A stretch of DNA of 64,000 nucleotides from Camelus ferus (Eukaryota). Both the position numbers and the translations under genes were made by a program. Within the stretch, counting starts at the first letter, position 1. Every line of letters starts with the position of its first letter. The stretch spans positions 21,948,001 through 22,012,000 of the forward strand of contig NC_045716.1 in assembly GCF_009834535.1 (NCBI RefSeq). The letters run 5' to 3'. Of this stretch, positions 38,301 through 54,375 are shown piece by piece. Under the pieces are notes generated by a model. The model had not been told where the DNA came from, did not search any database, and saw nothing but the letters and a program-made list of their open reading frames with translations.

Positions 38301-41300
38301 GGGGTCAGTCAGGGCCTGGCCACAGGCCTGGCATGGAGGGCAGGCAGGAAAAGGGAAAGCAGCGGGAGCCGGGGGGGTGAGTGTGGGTGAGAGGGGTCTG
38401 AGGAAAACACCTGTCTGGGCACTGGGCAGGGATATGCAGGGCAGAACCCAAGGGAGAAGTGGAGGAGGCGCTAGGCAGAGAGGCAGGAGGCTGGTCAGCC
38501 ACTCCCTCAACTCTGGCCTTGGCCCTCAGTTTCCTCCTCTGTTAAATGAGGGTATCAGGTCAGATGGGATCCCTTCTTTCTATGACCCTTTTTATTCTGT
38601 GAGTAAAGAGGAGCCCCAGGAAAATGCAGGCAATGGCCACTGGAACCCAGGCAAGAGGGCACTGAACAGGAAGGAGGGAACCGAGGGGGAAGGAGATAGA
38701 CGCAAGGGTCAGCGAGACAGAAAATGTGGAACAACAGAGGGCAAGCAGAAGCTTGATGGCAGGGAACAAAGGTCAAGGGGAAGAAAAGGAAAGTCTAGAG
38801 GGCAAAGGTCAGAAGGGCAAGGACCAGGCAAGTGCCTATGGAAGGCATTAGAGAGCCAGAGGGTACTGGTGGCGGGAGGCCCTGGGGTCTGGTTAAGGCA
38901 GGAAAGAGGAGCAAGCCATGAGGGGTAGCCGGGCTGCATGGGAGTGGCAGGGCAGGGCAGGGGGCCTGGCGGNNNNNNNNNNNNNNNNNNNNNNNNNNNN
39001 NNNNNNNNNNNNNNNNNNNNNNNNNNNNNNNNNNNNNNNNNNNNNNNNNNNNNNNNNNNNNNNNNNNNNNNNNNNNNNNNNNNNNNNNNNNNNNNNNNNN
39101 NNNNNNNNNNNNNNNNNNNNNNNNNNNNNNNNNNNNNNTGGGCAGGAGGCTGGGGAGTTCCCCGGTGGGCACTGCCCCCCGGGCCCGCTGCTGGGGAAGG
39201 AGGGAGGAAGGCTTAATTGGGCACGGGGCCTGGCCATCTCCTCACCTCGCAGGAAGTTCAGCTCTGTCAGCAGCTTCATCTCACGCCCCACGTCCAGCTG
39301 GCAATGGCGGAAGGAGGAGCTGGCAGCTGGCCGGAACATCTGGAGGGCCTCCGTAGCTCGGGTAATCCTGGGATGGGGGCCGGCCAGGGTCAGGCGCTGC
39401 CATCTGAGCGGCCACCCTTCTCCTCGATTCTGCCTCGCCTGCCCCTAAAGCCTTGGTGTCTGCTCTGGGTCTCTTCCTGGTCCCTTCAGATAAGGTGGGT
39501 ATCGGTTTGGCCTGGGGAAAATCCTCAGTGCCCAGCTCTCCAGCGGGCAGCACTCTCGACGTTGTCTTCTATCTTGGCTACACCCACGATGCCTCTACCT
39601 CCCAGGAGCCCTTGCCCCTATGCCAAGCCCCTGAGTACCTGTTGTGCAGCTGTTTGGCTGCTTGCACAAAGCAAGGCTGGTCTGTTTCCTTAAGAACCTC
39701 CTGAGCGTANNNNNNNNNNNNNNNNNNNNNNNNNNNNNNNNNNNNNNNNNNNNNNNNNNNNNNNNNNNNNNNNNNNNNNNNNNNNNNNNNNNNNNNNNNN
39801 NNNNNNNNNNNNNNNNNNNNNNNNNNNNNNNNNNNNNNNNNNNNNNNNNNNNNNNNNNNNNNNNNNNNNNNNNNNNNNNNNNNNNNNNNNNNNNNNNNNN
39901 NNNNNNNNNNNNNCTATCTTCTTGAAGGCAGCACTTGCACCAGCCTCCTGGGGCACCACACCACGGGGCAAGGATCACCGAGGATCTGGGGAAATCCTAT
40001 CTACCCTTTCTAATAGGGCCAGGCTCATGGTTCCATAGGCACTTGTACACTTAGATGGGCTCAACTCCTGACCATTCGTGCTAACCTTCCTGGATCCCCA
40101 CCTCATAATCCTGACTCCTTAAGGGCTCTCCCCAAATAAAAGAGGCCATGACTGAGCTAATGTCCACCAGCATGTATGCCATCCTTAAAGTCCGTCCCCA
40201 TATCAGCTGATTCAAGCAATCTGACAAAAGGTATCAGAGCCATTGCCTCACCCTCCTTGGTCCAGGGATGTGTGCTATCCTCAGCAGGCAGCTGAACCTG
40301 AGGGCATCAGAGCTACATCCCTGGGGCTTTTCAAGCGCTCTCCCTATCCTGGGTGCTACAAACCCTGTCCCCACTGTAGCCTCAGGTACAGCCTGGCCTG
40401 GGGCACTGCTATTTCTGACAACCTGGTCTAACCAAAACCATGACACATCCATGGACCCCACACGGGCTTCCTGAGCTTGCAACCAGGTGATTGGGCTGTG
40501 CCCATCCACACCCTCTTCCTGCTCCCACTCCCAGGGAGGGCGCAGGGCCCCCCTCCATGCCCTCCCTCACCTCAGTGTGCCTCACGGTCTCCTCCAGCTC
40601 ACAGATCTGGGTCTGTACTGTGTCCTGGTTTCCCAGGATGTATGTCAGGCTCTTTGTCAGCTTATCCTGAGGGGGAAGAAAGAGGTGGGCATCATGCCCA
40701 CACCCAGGTCCAAGGAAGCCAGCAGTTAAGAGGAGGGAGAGGGTGTGAGTGTGGGTTAGCACTTGGGTTGAGTGAGGTGGGGGGCCTCACCTTGAGGGCC
40801 TGGTAGGCACTGAGCACTGGTGTGATCTTGTGGCCGCTATGGGTGCGCCTCACACGGCAGAGTTGGCATACCAGCCGTTGGCACGTCTTGCAGTAGTGGG
40901 TCACCTCTTCCTTGTGATCTGGGCACATCAGGCCCTAGGGACAGAAAGAGCAATGAGACAGTCAGCCAATGGTGGGTGTCAGGGTGCTGACCTACCACAG
41001 AGCGGTTGGTGCCCTCCCCTTGCTGGCTGGCTGGGGATGGAGGGGAGTTCAGCTGGTGATGCTCCACAGTGCCACCTGGTGGTCCACCCTGGCATCAAAG
41101 AGAGCCTTTCCAACAATCTCTAGGCATTAGCCTGGCTCCTCCCTTCGTTTACCTCACAAAAATGTGTGGTAATAACAATAATGATGATAATCTTAGCCCT
41201 GTGGTTAATAATTAGCTTTGTCCACCTTGTTTACTGCTGTCGCCCAACGCCTAGAATAGCACCAGGCACATAGGTGCTTGATAAATATTTGTTCAATGAA

Positions 41301-43897
41301 TGAATGCACACATTTTCAGTGCACAAATAACTTTCACAAACATTATCTCAGTGATCCTCTCAACAACACTGCAGGTAGGGATATTGCAGGCCAGATACTA
41401 GAATCCTCATTCAGCAGAGGAGATGGAGGCTCAAAGAAGTTCAAAGATGTGTCCTTTTTTGTTACCGTAAAAGGAGCTTGGCAACAGCAACCCCCTGGCC
41501 ACCTCCTCTGGGAAGCCTGCAGCGCTGGGCACCCACTCCTCCCCAGCACCACCACGCCTGTCCCTTCCCAGGCCCCGTAAGGGCTGGCTCACCTTGGGGC
41601 GGAAGGAGAGGGTGGGCAGGGTGGGCTCATGCTGGGCCTTCTGAGTGCCCCAGGGGTGGAAGAGCTTGAAGCACTCGTTGCAGAAGGTGGCGCGGCACTC
41701 AGTGCAGCCCTTGGTGGCCTCTAGTGGTGGGGGCTTGCACAGCTGGCACAGGATGGCGCCACCCACACTCACACTCTGGCGGTACCGCTCCACCACACGC
41801 TCCAGGGTCAGGTTCCGGAACAGCCCTGCCAGGCCCCGCTCCCCCAGCTCCACATCACCCTGGCAGGCTGGGCACGGGAACATGATCACCTGGGGGTGCA
41901 GAGCACCTCGCTTCCGCCCGGGGTATGTCCCAAAGCCTGTGGATGGGCCAGGGAGGTAGGGAGGTGAAAATTACAGCTGGCTTGGTGTGGGGGAAGTCTG
42001 TTCAATTAAAAAAATTGCTTTTTATAGTTTCAGAGCTCAGTTCTCATTAGAGCCTGGATGGGCAGTATCTCCACCCCCTGAAAGACAGACAGATGCCTCT
42101 GGCCAGTGATGGACCCCTTCCATCTTTCTGATGGACATCCCAACATCCCCACCNNNNNNNNNNNNNNNNNNNNNNNNNNNNNNNNNNNNNNNNNNNNNNN
42201 NNNNNNNNNNNNNNNNNNNNNNNNNNNNNNNNNNNNNNNNNNNNNNNNNNNNNNNNNNNNNNNNNNNNNNNNNNNNNNNNNNNNNGGGTCCCCACCATGG
42301 CCTACATAGCCCTGCTGGCCCAGCACCTCCCGGGCACAAGCCTGGCACACATTGTGTGTACAGGGCAGCACCAGTGGCTGTTTGTACATCTCTTGACACA
42401 CTGGGCATAGCAGTTCCTTCTCCATGTTCTTCATACTCGTCTGTGGAGGGACCAGGAGGTTGGGTCAGACAGAGCTTGAACACCTGTCATATCTCAACAG
42501 GCCCCTCAGCTGCCCTGAGAGACCCAAGAGTTCTCAGGAATGGGTAAGACACACTGCTAGGGACCAGACAAGCTTTGGATTTTCCCCAGCACCAGACTTG
42601 GCCTGGTTCACAGGCCTTTCCAGCTCCCTGTCTCTGGCTTCAGTTTCCCTCCTGCAGAGCTACAAGCCTAAGGAGGAGGGATTGTTGGAGCTCCAGCCTC
42701 TCTCAATCTCAAGCCCCACCCCCTTCACTACCTCAGCGCCAGCCGGACCTGCAACCCCTCTCACCTGGCCATTGCCCCATCCCCCCATCTCTGGGCCGCC
42801 TGCCTTGGCACTTCTCTCAAGGACACCGCCCATTCTGCAGCTCAGTGCGGACCCCCGCCCCCTTCTCTGGCACCCCCGCTCCCCCCCCCCGCGTGACTCC
42901 TCCCTATAGCCAGGCTCTCTCCATCCTCCTGCTCACCCTGTCTGTCCTCCTGCCAGCGGCTCCGGCCTGCAGCCACCCTAGCTTCCATTCCCTATCCTTC
43001 ACTTCCCCACCCGTCTCCTCCTCCCCTTTCGCCCCCCACCGTCCTGTCCTCCTGCTCCCTCCTCCGCCCCCGCCGCAACCTGGCCTGCCACAACCCCCTC
43101 CCCAAGCAAGGGAGAAACAAGCGCCCCGCCTACTTGCCCCCTCCCCACCGGAAGTACCCCTCCCTTTTTTGGTGGCGGGGGTCCTCAAGCTATGCCCCAC
43201 CCCCACACCTCACCTTGGTCCCTCTCTTCGCAGCCATCCCGGTCAGGGGCGCAGCTGACACAAAGGAGGGAGGGACAGGGAGGGAGGGGGAAGGAAGTGG
43301 TGGGGGGGAGCAGGGTTGGCACCGCCCCTGGGAGAGCCGGGCACGGGTTGCCATGACAACCGCAGGCTGGGAGGCAGCCCTGAGTGGGGGTGCAGTGGGG
43401 TGGGGTCTCGCAGAGGGGTCCAAATGGGGAACTGCGCCGTGGGGCCGCTCCTTCTTCGCCCCTACCTGTCCTCAGTTTTCTTGGAAAATATCCAGGCTCA
43501 CTCACTCTCCCTCCTCATAACAGCCCCAGTTGCTCTGCAGCCCCAGCCCCGATACACGGTTGGCGGCTCCCCCCAGGCCACCCGTTGCGTCCGGGCAGCT
43601 CCATGTTCCTCATACCCCAGCAGATGGACGCCTTTATGGCATTCACCTCTGGGCTGCTCCCGGGATTACCCTCTCATACCTGCATCCCGACCCTCCCAGT
43701 CCTTTCTGCCATCACCAGCCCCCTGTCTACATTCTAGCATCTTGCGAGATGAGATCCCCACCTGTTCAAAGTCCCGGCCTGCCCGGGACCCCTATACTCC
43801 CCCTCCCCTTCCCCTCGACCCCACCTTAACTCACACTGATGCGGACCAGTGCATCCATGATGGAAGTGAAGGTCTGCATATCCTCACCCTCAGCCAT
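35387..43897 (-). CDS. TRIM46: Tripartite motif protein 46 (RING-Bbox-CC-COS-FN3-SPRY), 10 coding exons, 759 aa; parts masked
   Basis: Exons 43835-43897, ~42179-42440 (3' part N), 41593-41936, 40791-40934, 40571-40666, 39639-~39892 (5' part N), 39246-39367, 37980-38282, 36870-37167 (middle N), 35387-35780. [10 protein letters not shown] start, [29 protein letters not shown]-boxes, FN3 VPEAPVID..., end GGFAKLD*. Confidence 0.97.
41068..41085 (-). promoter_or_regulatory. CTCF-like motif in TRIM46 intron 3
   Basis: Minus strand reads GGACCACCAGGTGGCACT. Confidence 0.6.
43347..43360. promoter_or_regulatory. RFX X-box in TRIM46 intron 1
   Basis: GTTGCCATGACAAC, one mismatch from the palindrome GTTGCCATGGCAAC. 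Confidence 0.55.
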
Positions 43898-43899
43898 GG

Positions 43900-44660
43900 C
43901 CCTACCATGCCCGCCCGCCCACGGGTGCCCGATCCCGGCTGCGGCTGCGAACCCCGGGCTTAATGCAGGAGCCCGGTGGGGATGTGGGGAGGGGTGGGAT
44001 GAGATGTAACTGCGCATGCTCCAGGGACCAGGCTCGAACAGCGCCCGTCGAGGTAGGAGGTGGGAAATAGTTTTCACCCACGTGGTTCTTTGAAGGCGGT
44101 CGGGGGGTTGGGTAACATGGAATGGTATTTGAGAAGGGAACCATTTCTTGTGTTCAAATTCTTCATTGGCTCCTAATCTTACTCATATAAAGGAGGAGGA
44201 TTGTTTCAGAGAAAGATGAGCTCCAGGATGAGAGGACTAGATTTTAGTCTGGGTGAGAGTCCACAGGAGATGTCGAGGCAATGATCATGGAGGAGGGGGG
44301 AGAGTTTTGGTGAACAGGCACTAGAGCTGACATAAATGGCAGAGAAGATAGGGGTGGGCTAGAGGTTATGGCCCATGGGCCCAGTGACTTGAAGAGTTAA
44401 GTACAGCTTGCACTGAGAGGCAGCAGATGATCGGGGTGCGGGGAAGGGCGGGGGACCCGGGTGGTGGCCCAGGTTGCTCTGGACGCAATATTTCCTCCCT
44501 TCAGGAAGAGGGCGCTGCACCCAGTCGCCGAAAGGGAAAACGAGGCAGACGTGAGGGAGAAAGGAAGTCGGCTTTGGGGACTGACGCATGCGCACAGCCA
44601 ACCGTTCTCGGTTCGACTCTCCTCCCGGACAGAGACGCGGATTGGACCCGAGGGCAGGGA
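43900..44660. promoter_or_regulatory. Divergent TRIM46/KRTCAP2 CpG-island promoter
   Basis: The two ATGs are about 760 bp apart, head to head. ETS GGAAGT 44563-44568 and NRF1-like GACGCATGCGCA 44583-44594. Confidence 0.75.
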
Positions 44661-44663
44661 ATG

Positions 44664-47166
<2,503 letters not shown>

Positions 47167-50100
47167 CCCTGCATGTCTAATAAAGTTGATTCTTTGTAGC
47201 TCTGTGAGCTGTGATATGCTGTCGGCCTTTTCGGCCAATGCCTGCGTGGGTGTGCCCAGTGTTGGGGCAGATGGGTACCTGCTGTTCTCAGACCTTGGGG
47301 ATGGTAGGGCTTTCCTTCCTCCAAGGTTCATTTTTACCAAGTATTTATTGAGTGCCATCAGTGCCAGGTGCTGGAGTGGCATACTCTTGTGTAAGAGCCT
47401 CATCATGGAAGAAAAGTACATGAATGATCTGCAGTCTTGCCCTTTGGGAAAAGGGGTAAAGACTGTGATGCAGGAAGTCCTGCCCATCCAAACTGGAATA
47501 GATCTTAGAACAGAGGAGTAAGGGAGGAAGAGGCCCCTTCACCCCGCCCCTCCCCCATGAGATTCCATGTACCCTGTGAGGGCTTTGATACTCCAACTCC
47601 CCACCCTGAGCAAACGAGCCCCCTGCCCTTTCCGCCCAAGTCTGCGGGTGGGGATTCCCTACTGATGTTGCTCTTCTGGACCCGTCTCATCTGTTCTCCA
47701 GCATGGACATATGCCTGTGCTTAGAAATACTCCCCAGGTTGATCACTGTCCCTATCCTCTTTGTTCTGGTGCCTTCATTTGTCTCCTCCGTTTCATAGCC
47801 AAGGGATTAAGAACTTCCCAAATTTTAGCAAAGGATAGAAAACGATAGGACAAGGCCACCAACCCTGGAGGCCAGCCTTAATGGAAATGAGGGACATAAC
47901 TTCTCAGGTCCTCCTCTGTCCATGCTCTGCCCAGAGTGTCTGTCCTTTAAGGCACCTAGGCACCCTCCCCCATGCTGGACGGTGTGAGCTTTAGGGTGCT
48001 TACTGGCCTTTGGTAAGCTTCGCATTCTCCAAAGTGGCTGATAATGGGCAGTGAAGACTGGTAGGTTGGTTGAATGAAAGAATCTGCCCTCCTAGAACAG
48101 GAAATCTTGCACATGGGATGTGCCTAAGTTAGGGAAGAAGAACCAATGAAGATGAAGAAGTGAGTCAAAGGGGGGTTTTCTATTCAAGGATTAGAGCCCC
48201 TTCCTTCCCCAGTGTTTGTAGCCAGAACCCCGTACCCTTTCTCCTCTATCCCTAGGCTGGGGGAGTGCTGTGCAGTTCACCCAGATTGCCTGTAGAGGGC
48301 GCCATGAGCCCATGTCTTTCTCCAGGAGACTAGCAGCACTCACCTGCAAGTCCACCGAGAGCTGGGAGGGTTGCTGCTGGGTCTCTGGGTTCTTACTGAG
48401 TCTCTCCAGTGGAAGCCAACACTTAGAGGACCTGAAAGACTGGCCCATTTGGGAGGGCTGAAGCCTGAATCAAATCTTTTTGCTCCCCTAGGCTGGGAAT
48501 GGAGGCAGAGAGAGTTCAATGGCGACCAGCCTTCCTGAGGGAATGGCAGCTCTAGCTCCAACTTACCCAGTGATGGTTGTAGGGGGCAGGGTTCCAGATG
48601 TGGGACGCTCAGGGAGAGGAAACTGTCCGAAATGGGTCCTGGACTTCCCAGGGTGGCTGGGCTGGCTCTAGGTCTTACTCTGCCAAATCTTGACTTTCTC
48701 CTGATCTGGAGTGGGAACAGTGAGCAGAGAGCCAGGTCCCAGCCAGGAGAGCACAGACACAGCTGGGTGGGGTCTGGCCACCTGAGGGCACCATGCTTTC
48801 CAAGATGAGAGCTTGGATGGGGCCAGGTTAGGGGAGGGCAGGGAGGAGCCCAAGAGCAGGTGTCAGGACAATGCCAAGGGATCTGGGCACCTGCTGCCAC
48901 TCACTGCATAGGCATCAAGGACAGTATGTGGCCCAGGAATAATGACCCTTTCCTCAGGAAATGGGTGCATTTACTAGGCAGGTTGGCGCCGACCTCAGCT
49001 CTCCGCCCAGCCTGTCCCTGGGGTGCCTAGCTGCTGGCTCCCTGCAGCTGACCTACCAATTAACCCTGGCAGGGGTATCCCAGCCACCTAACACCATCAT
49101 TAAGTAAGGGGGCGTGAGGCCATCGTGGCTTCTGCAGACCTGAAGGTGAGAAGGGCAAAGGTGCTAACCTCTTGGCCCAGGGACTCCTGAGGCTCTGCTC
49201 CACCCTGGAGGCTGGCGGCCTAGGGGAGAGAGGGGAGGTCCCTGGAGGACAGAGGGAAGCCAGATGTTTCCTCCTGCTCCCTCACACGTGGCCCTGACAC
49301 CCGCCAGCACCCGCTGCCTGCTCCGGAAACAGGAGTAAATAATACAGGGGGAGGGGGCCTTGGATACAGTGGGGAGGCTGGCGGGAGACGGCTCCTGGCC
49401 CAGAGGCATGCTCCTTGGGGCTGGAGGTGATGAGGGCAGTGGGAAGGTAAGACGAGGGGGCTCCCCTGCCTGGGCAGAGGATGGGCTCCCTCAGGCTGGC
49501 ACTGCCATGAGGGCACCCCTGGCATTTGGGGCAGGCCAGAGGGTCAGAGTGGGGGCGGGGGCGCCCAGGGCAGGGAGGGGGAGTCCGCGCCAGGCCTTGG
49601 CTCCAGCCCTTTCCGGCCCTTATTGTCCTTGGTGAGAACAGGACGCTATCCCGTTCCCACTGCCCGGCCCCCCAGCTCTGCTCCCCAGGGGCTCGGGAAG
49701 GATGTTGGGAAACAAGAGAGCGCCAGAGACTGGTAGAGACAGAGATGCTGAGAGACTCAGAGACAGATACAAAGGGGAAAGGTTCAGTCAAAAGCGAGTA
49801 TTGAAACTCATTGTGCGCGGAGCAGGCTGGGTGCTGTGGGAATCACGGAAGAATGGGCAGCCGGAGGCCCTGCCCTTGGGGACCTCCGGGCTGGCCTGCC
49901 CTGTGCACACTCCTCCTTGACTTAGGGTCACTCAGAGAGCCGCCTCCTAAGCAAACAATGGCTGGAACCATTCTGGGGGCACAGTTGGTGGCACTTAATC
50001 GCTCCACCTCAGGTATGTTTCTTTGCCTCCCTCCGAAGGGACTGGAAGTCCCTCAGGGCAAAGCCAAAGCCCAAGCCCACCTCCCTACCCCCACAGGGCT

Positions 50101-51501
50101 GAGAGCTAGCGGGCCACCGGAGGCTGCACTGTAAGTGCAGTCTGGTTGGTTTGGTTGCATTCCTGCCCTGGCAGAGAAGCCCCCTAGCTGGCCCTAGAGT
50201 TAGGCACCGCATCACCTGGGCTGGAGGGCAGTGTGCGAATTCCCTGCCCTCTAACAGCAGGAAGCAGCTTTTAGAGCTGCCCCGTCCTTCCCCTGGGCCA
50301 GGTATTTCCACCCCAGCCTCTGCAACCACAGGCTCGGGGTGGGCCTCCTCCCTTCCAGCCCTTCTGGGCCCACGGTTCTCAGAAACCTCTCCCCTGTGAG
50401 ACAGGCCCTCGGAAAGATGGGGAAGTCCAGGTCCCTTCTGTCTACTGAGGTTCCAGATAACACTTCAAAATAAAGAAAAACTGAGGCATGTTTGAAATGT
50501 GTACACTTAACAGATGAACACTTTTTAAGACAAAATGACAATACAGTATAATCCTGCTAGTCACAAGGTCATTACAGGATTTTTAGAAATGTTTCCTTCA
50601 CAGGGAACCGCGGCCCTATTTCATGAGGTAAAGTTCTGTGATAACAGGTGTATCAGATTCATTGTTGGATTCTTTCTACTTTTGTATATATTTGAAAATT
50701 CCATAATAAACGTTCCATCATTTGTATTGTAAGTCCCTTCTTCTGGTTCTGTCGCCGTGTGACTGTCTGTAACCATACCTGGAGACAACATCAGAAGTCT
50801 GAACTTGAGGCCCCATGTGACAATGAGGCCTGAGCCAAATGGCCCTTATGGTCTGTGAGGACCCCTTCTCCAAGAACTCCCCTCACCTCAAATAAGCTGG
50901 AAGTTTCACCTACTTTGAGGCTGAGGCCGCACCATCAGGAGGGACTGAAAAATGGAATTCCTGTCTGTCCAGATCAAGATCGCACAGGAAAACCTTTCAC
51001 ACACTCCCATTCTGGGCCACGAGTTTCCCAGAGGGCTGACCTCAGGCTGCTGTGAGGGAATTTCCGGGGCTGAGTGCCTGCACACCTGTGTGTGAGGGTC
51101 AAGGCTAAACCTCAGATAGTTTTCCATTCTAGACAGTATGTAGAACAGTAGGAAAGAGCCCTGGTCTTGACATCAGACAGACCTACTTCCAGTTTCGGCC
51201 CTGACACCAGGTGAGGGTCCTTGGGCAAACGGAGTGATCGCTCTGCACCTTAAATTCCTCACCCGTAAGATGGGGATAATAATACCTGCTTCCAGTTGTG
51301 ATAAAGGATTTGAATTAAATAATAATGTGGAAGAGCCTAGCATAGCGCTCCACCTTCTAGGCATTTGACAAATGCCATTTTTCCCCTGTGAGATGACAGC
51401 CACCACCTTGCACTGAGCATTTACCACTTGCCAGTCAACTAGTGCCTTACAGACAGTCTCCATTTCAACACTTAGGTTATGAGATTGATACTCTTACTCC
51501 A

Positions 51502-51988
51502 TGTGATTAATTCTATGTGTCAACTTGGCTGGGCCATAGTGCCTGGATAGTTGGTCAAACTGGATTACTCTGGATGTTTCTGTGTGGGTGTTTTTGAATG
51601 AGATTAACATTTAAAACTGGACTAAAGCAGATTGCCCTCCATCATGTGGGCGGGCCTCATCTAGTCCATAGAAGGACTACATAGACACTGACCTCAGAGA
51701 AAGAAGGACTTCGGTGGCAGATAGCCATCAGACTTGAACTGCGACACTAGCTGTCTCCTGGGTCTTCAGCCTGGTGGGTTCCCTCGCCGTGTCTATGCTC
51801 ACGTGGGCTGGGACCTGGCCCCCTGCCCACTGTTCCCACCTCTGGTCAGGAGGAAGTCAAGACACAGTGAGACCCTGCAGATTTTGGATTTGCCAGCATC
51901 TCTAATTGCATGAACCACTACCTTAAAATAAATTTCACACATATATCTCCTATTGGTTTTGGTTCTCTGGAGAGCCCTGACTAATACA
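51502..51988 (+). mobile_element. ERVL LTR (MLT2-like)
   Basis: Starts TGTGATTAATTCTATGTGTCAACTTGGCTGGGCC and ends CCTATTGGTTTTGGTTCTCTGGAGAGCCCTGACTAATACA, characteristic MLT2 termini. Confidence 0.85.
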
Positions 51989-54129
51989 CCTGTTACAGTG
52001 AAATGAAGTGGGGTAAGATGAAAGAGAGGTTAAAATCACCTCCTCAAGATTGTAAGGGAAGGCAGGGCTGGAGCTGAAACTCAGATCCATTGGTGTGATG
52101 CTTAACCCATGTGGTTACAACATAGCATCTGACTCCCCCCAGCTCTGACTCATCTCCTCACACTCCACCCCATGCTCCTCCATCCCACCTGGCCTCCATG
52201 TGTCCCCCGTGCCAGACATACGTCCACCTCGCAGACTTTGTACTGGCTGTTCCCACTGCCTGCAACACCTGTCCGGCCTTCTCCCTCCTTCACCTCATTC
52301 AGGTGTCCATGCAAACGTCTCCCTCTCAGAGGGGCCCCCCTGACCACACTATATATACCAGGGAACACTGGCACCCGTTAGCCTCTCACATGGCTGGTTT
52401 TCTTCATGGTACTTCTCACTACTTGATATGTTAAGTGTTTGTTTCCTGTTTGGCACCCATCATTTCACTGAAGTAGAGAGTTTGTCTGTTCATTGAAAGC
52501 TTCATTGAAAGCAGAGCTTTTTGTGTGCTTTATTCACTAGAACACTGCATGATGTAGAGGAGGTACTCAGGACATGTCTGTTAAAAGAACCAAGGACCCC
52601 ATTAGCAACACACCATTGTCACACTTTGAGTTCTTTGAAACTCGGCTCCCATCCTCATGAACTCCAAACTGCTGACTTCTCAAAATCAGCCAAATGTTTC
52701 TGTCCACTGCCAGGCCTGTTTCTGGCTCCCCTTCCCTCAGGCTATCATCTTTTCCCATCCTGGTCTCCTCCAGCTTACCTGACTCAGCCAGCCCCCTCTC
52801 CAATCAGCAGCACGATCTCGGAATTACTATTTCCCCTGAAAGCTGGGTTGTAATTTTGTATGTATGTGTCTTTGTTGATTACATGTGTGCCTGTCCTGTC
52901 ACCCTCATGGAACTGTGGGTGCTCTGGGGACAGTGATGGAATCAACACAACCTAATCACCTGGAACCTTCCTCAAGGACCCAGTAATTACCATGGTACCT
53001 GTGGGTGCCCAGAAATCTCTACTGCCTGATGTGACACACACAGGCACACATGGGGGTCACCTGCTCCTCTAAGGGGGGAAGCTTCTGACACAAATGCTTT
53101 TAAGGGGCCTTTCTTTAATAGCCTGAACCTGGCCTGCCTTTCCAGCCTCATCTCTTTCTAGCCACTCCCCTGTGAAGCAGTCTATGTGCCAGAGACAGAC
53201 AAAGGATTACTCACTATGAACTCTCAGGCCTCCCTGCCTTTGTTCAGGCTTTCCCTTCGCTTTGCAAGCTCTGCACCCCCCACCCCCAGCCCCAACCTGA
53301 ACACTCTTACTCATCTTTCTAGTAACACCTAGGGCTTTAGGGCCTCCTTCACAGAGGCTTCATGCCTTCCCCCAAACAGTCAATCCCTTCCTCTGTGTTG
53401 TATGTAATTTTGCATATTCCTCCATCTTCAGTGTACGTTGGAATAAGGGCTCCCAGATTTGGAATTTGTCTCTCTCTGAAACCAAAGTCTGCCAAAGGAG
53501 AAAACCCCAACAAACATGAGAAAACTGAACCTCAGAGAGGTTGTGGCTTGCCCAAAGTCACAGAGCGAAGCCAAGGAAAGCACCAGGACCCAACCTGAGG
53601 CCATCTGGCCTCTAAAAGCCCAAACTTTAAACCCCCAAGCTGACTGCCTCTCATATCCTGCTACAATCACATGTACTTGTGGCCTGCTGTGGCTGCAGAA
53701 GGGTGATGGTCTGCAAAAAGACTGAAGAGAAAGGAGCTGGACCGTAAAAATTTTGTCAGATGCTATCCAAAGCCAAAGCCTGTGTCTAGCAGGTGGGAGT
53801 CTCGGGAGTAGTCATACTTCCTGGGACCAGGAGAGCTGGTCAGTGTCCCTGGAGACCATCAAATGCTAACCTGTCCTTCCTTCTGTCCCTTATCTTACAT
53901 TTATAGACCCCCTCTGGGTTTCCCATGCTGTGCTTGGTCCTGGAGATACAATGGTCCTAGGCAGGCCAAGCAGGGAAACAAAAAACCTACAGCTTAATAT
54001 GGTAAGTGTCATCTATGAATGGGAGTCTGTGGGATTTCAGAGGAGGAAGATGGTATCCAACCCTGCAAGACAGGGTCAAGTCCAGGAAGGCGGCCTGCAG
54101 GGCGTGATGCTTGAGCTGAATGTTAGGGT

Positions 54130-54375
54130 AATACGTACCCACATTTTCTTTTATTTAGGTTCTCACTGTTCACATTAAAATTTTTTTTAATGCACTGGGA
54201 ATTTATTTTGGTATAAGATGTGAGGCTGAAATCTAACTTAATTTACTTTTTCAAATGATAAGATCATTGCAAATTCTTTTGAAACAATCCATCTTTCATC
54301 ACTCGAGATGCCATATCATATGCTGAAATGGTATATGTTTGATCTATGTCTTCACTTTTTTCTTCTGTTCTGTTG
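54130..54375 (-). mobile_element. Old L1 fragment
   Basis: GGAATTTATTTTGGTATAAGATGTGAGG...CAATCCATCTTTCATCACT...ATATCATAT resembles the reverse complement of L1 ORF2. Confidence 0.6.

Noticed and set aside
38203-38928. 241-aa G/R-rich plus-strand ORF
   Set aside because: It results from purine-rich TRIM46 intron sequence read antisense; no domain features.
39188-39245. Strong-looking acceptor (pyrimidine tract plus CAGCAG) just after TRIM46 exon 7
   Set aside because: Its use would need a ~55-nt intron, below the usual mammalian minimum.
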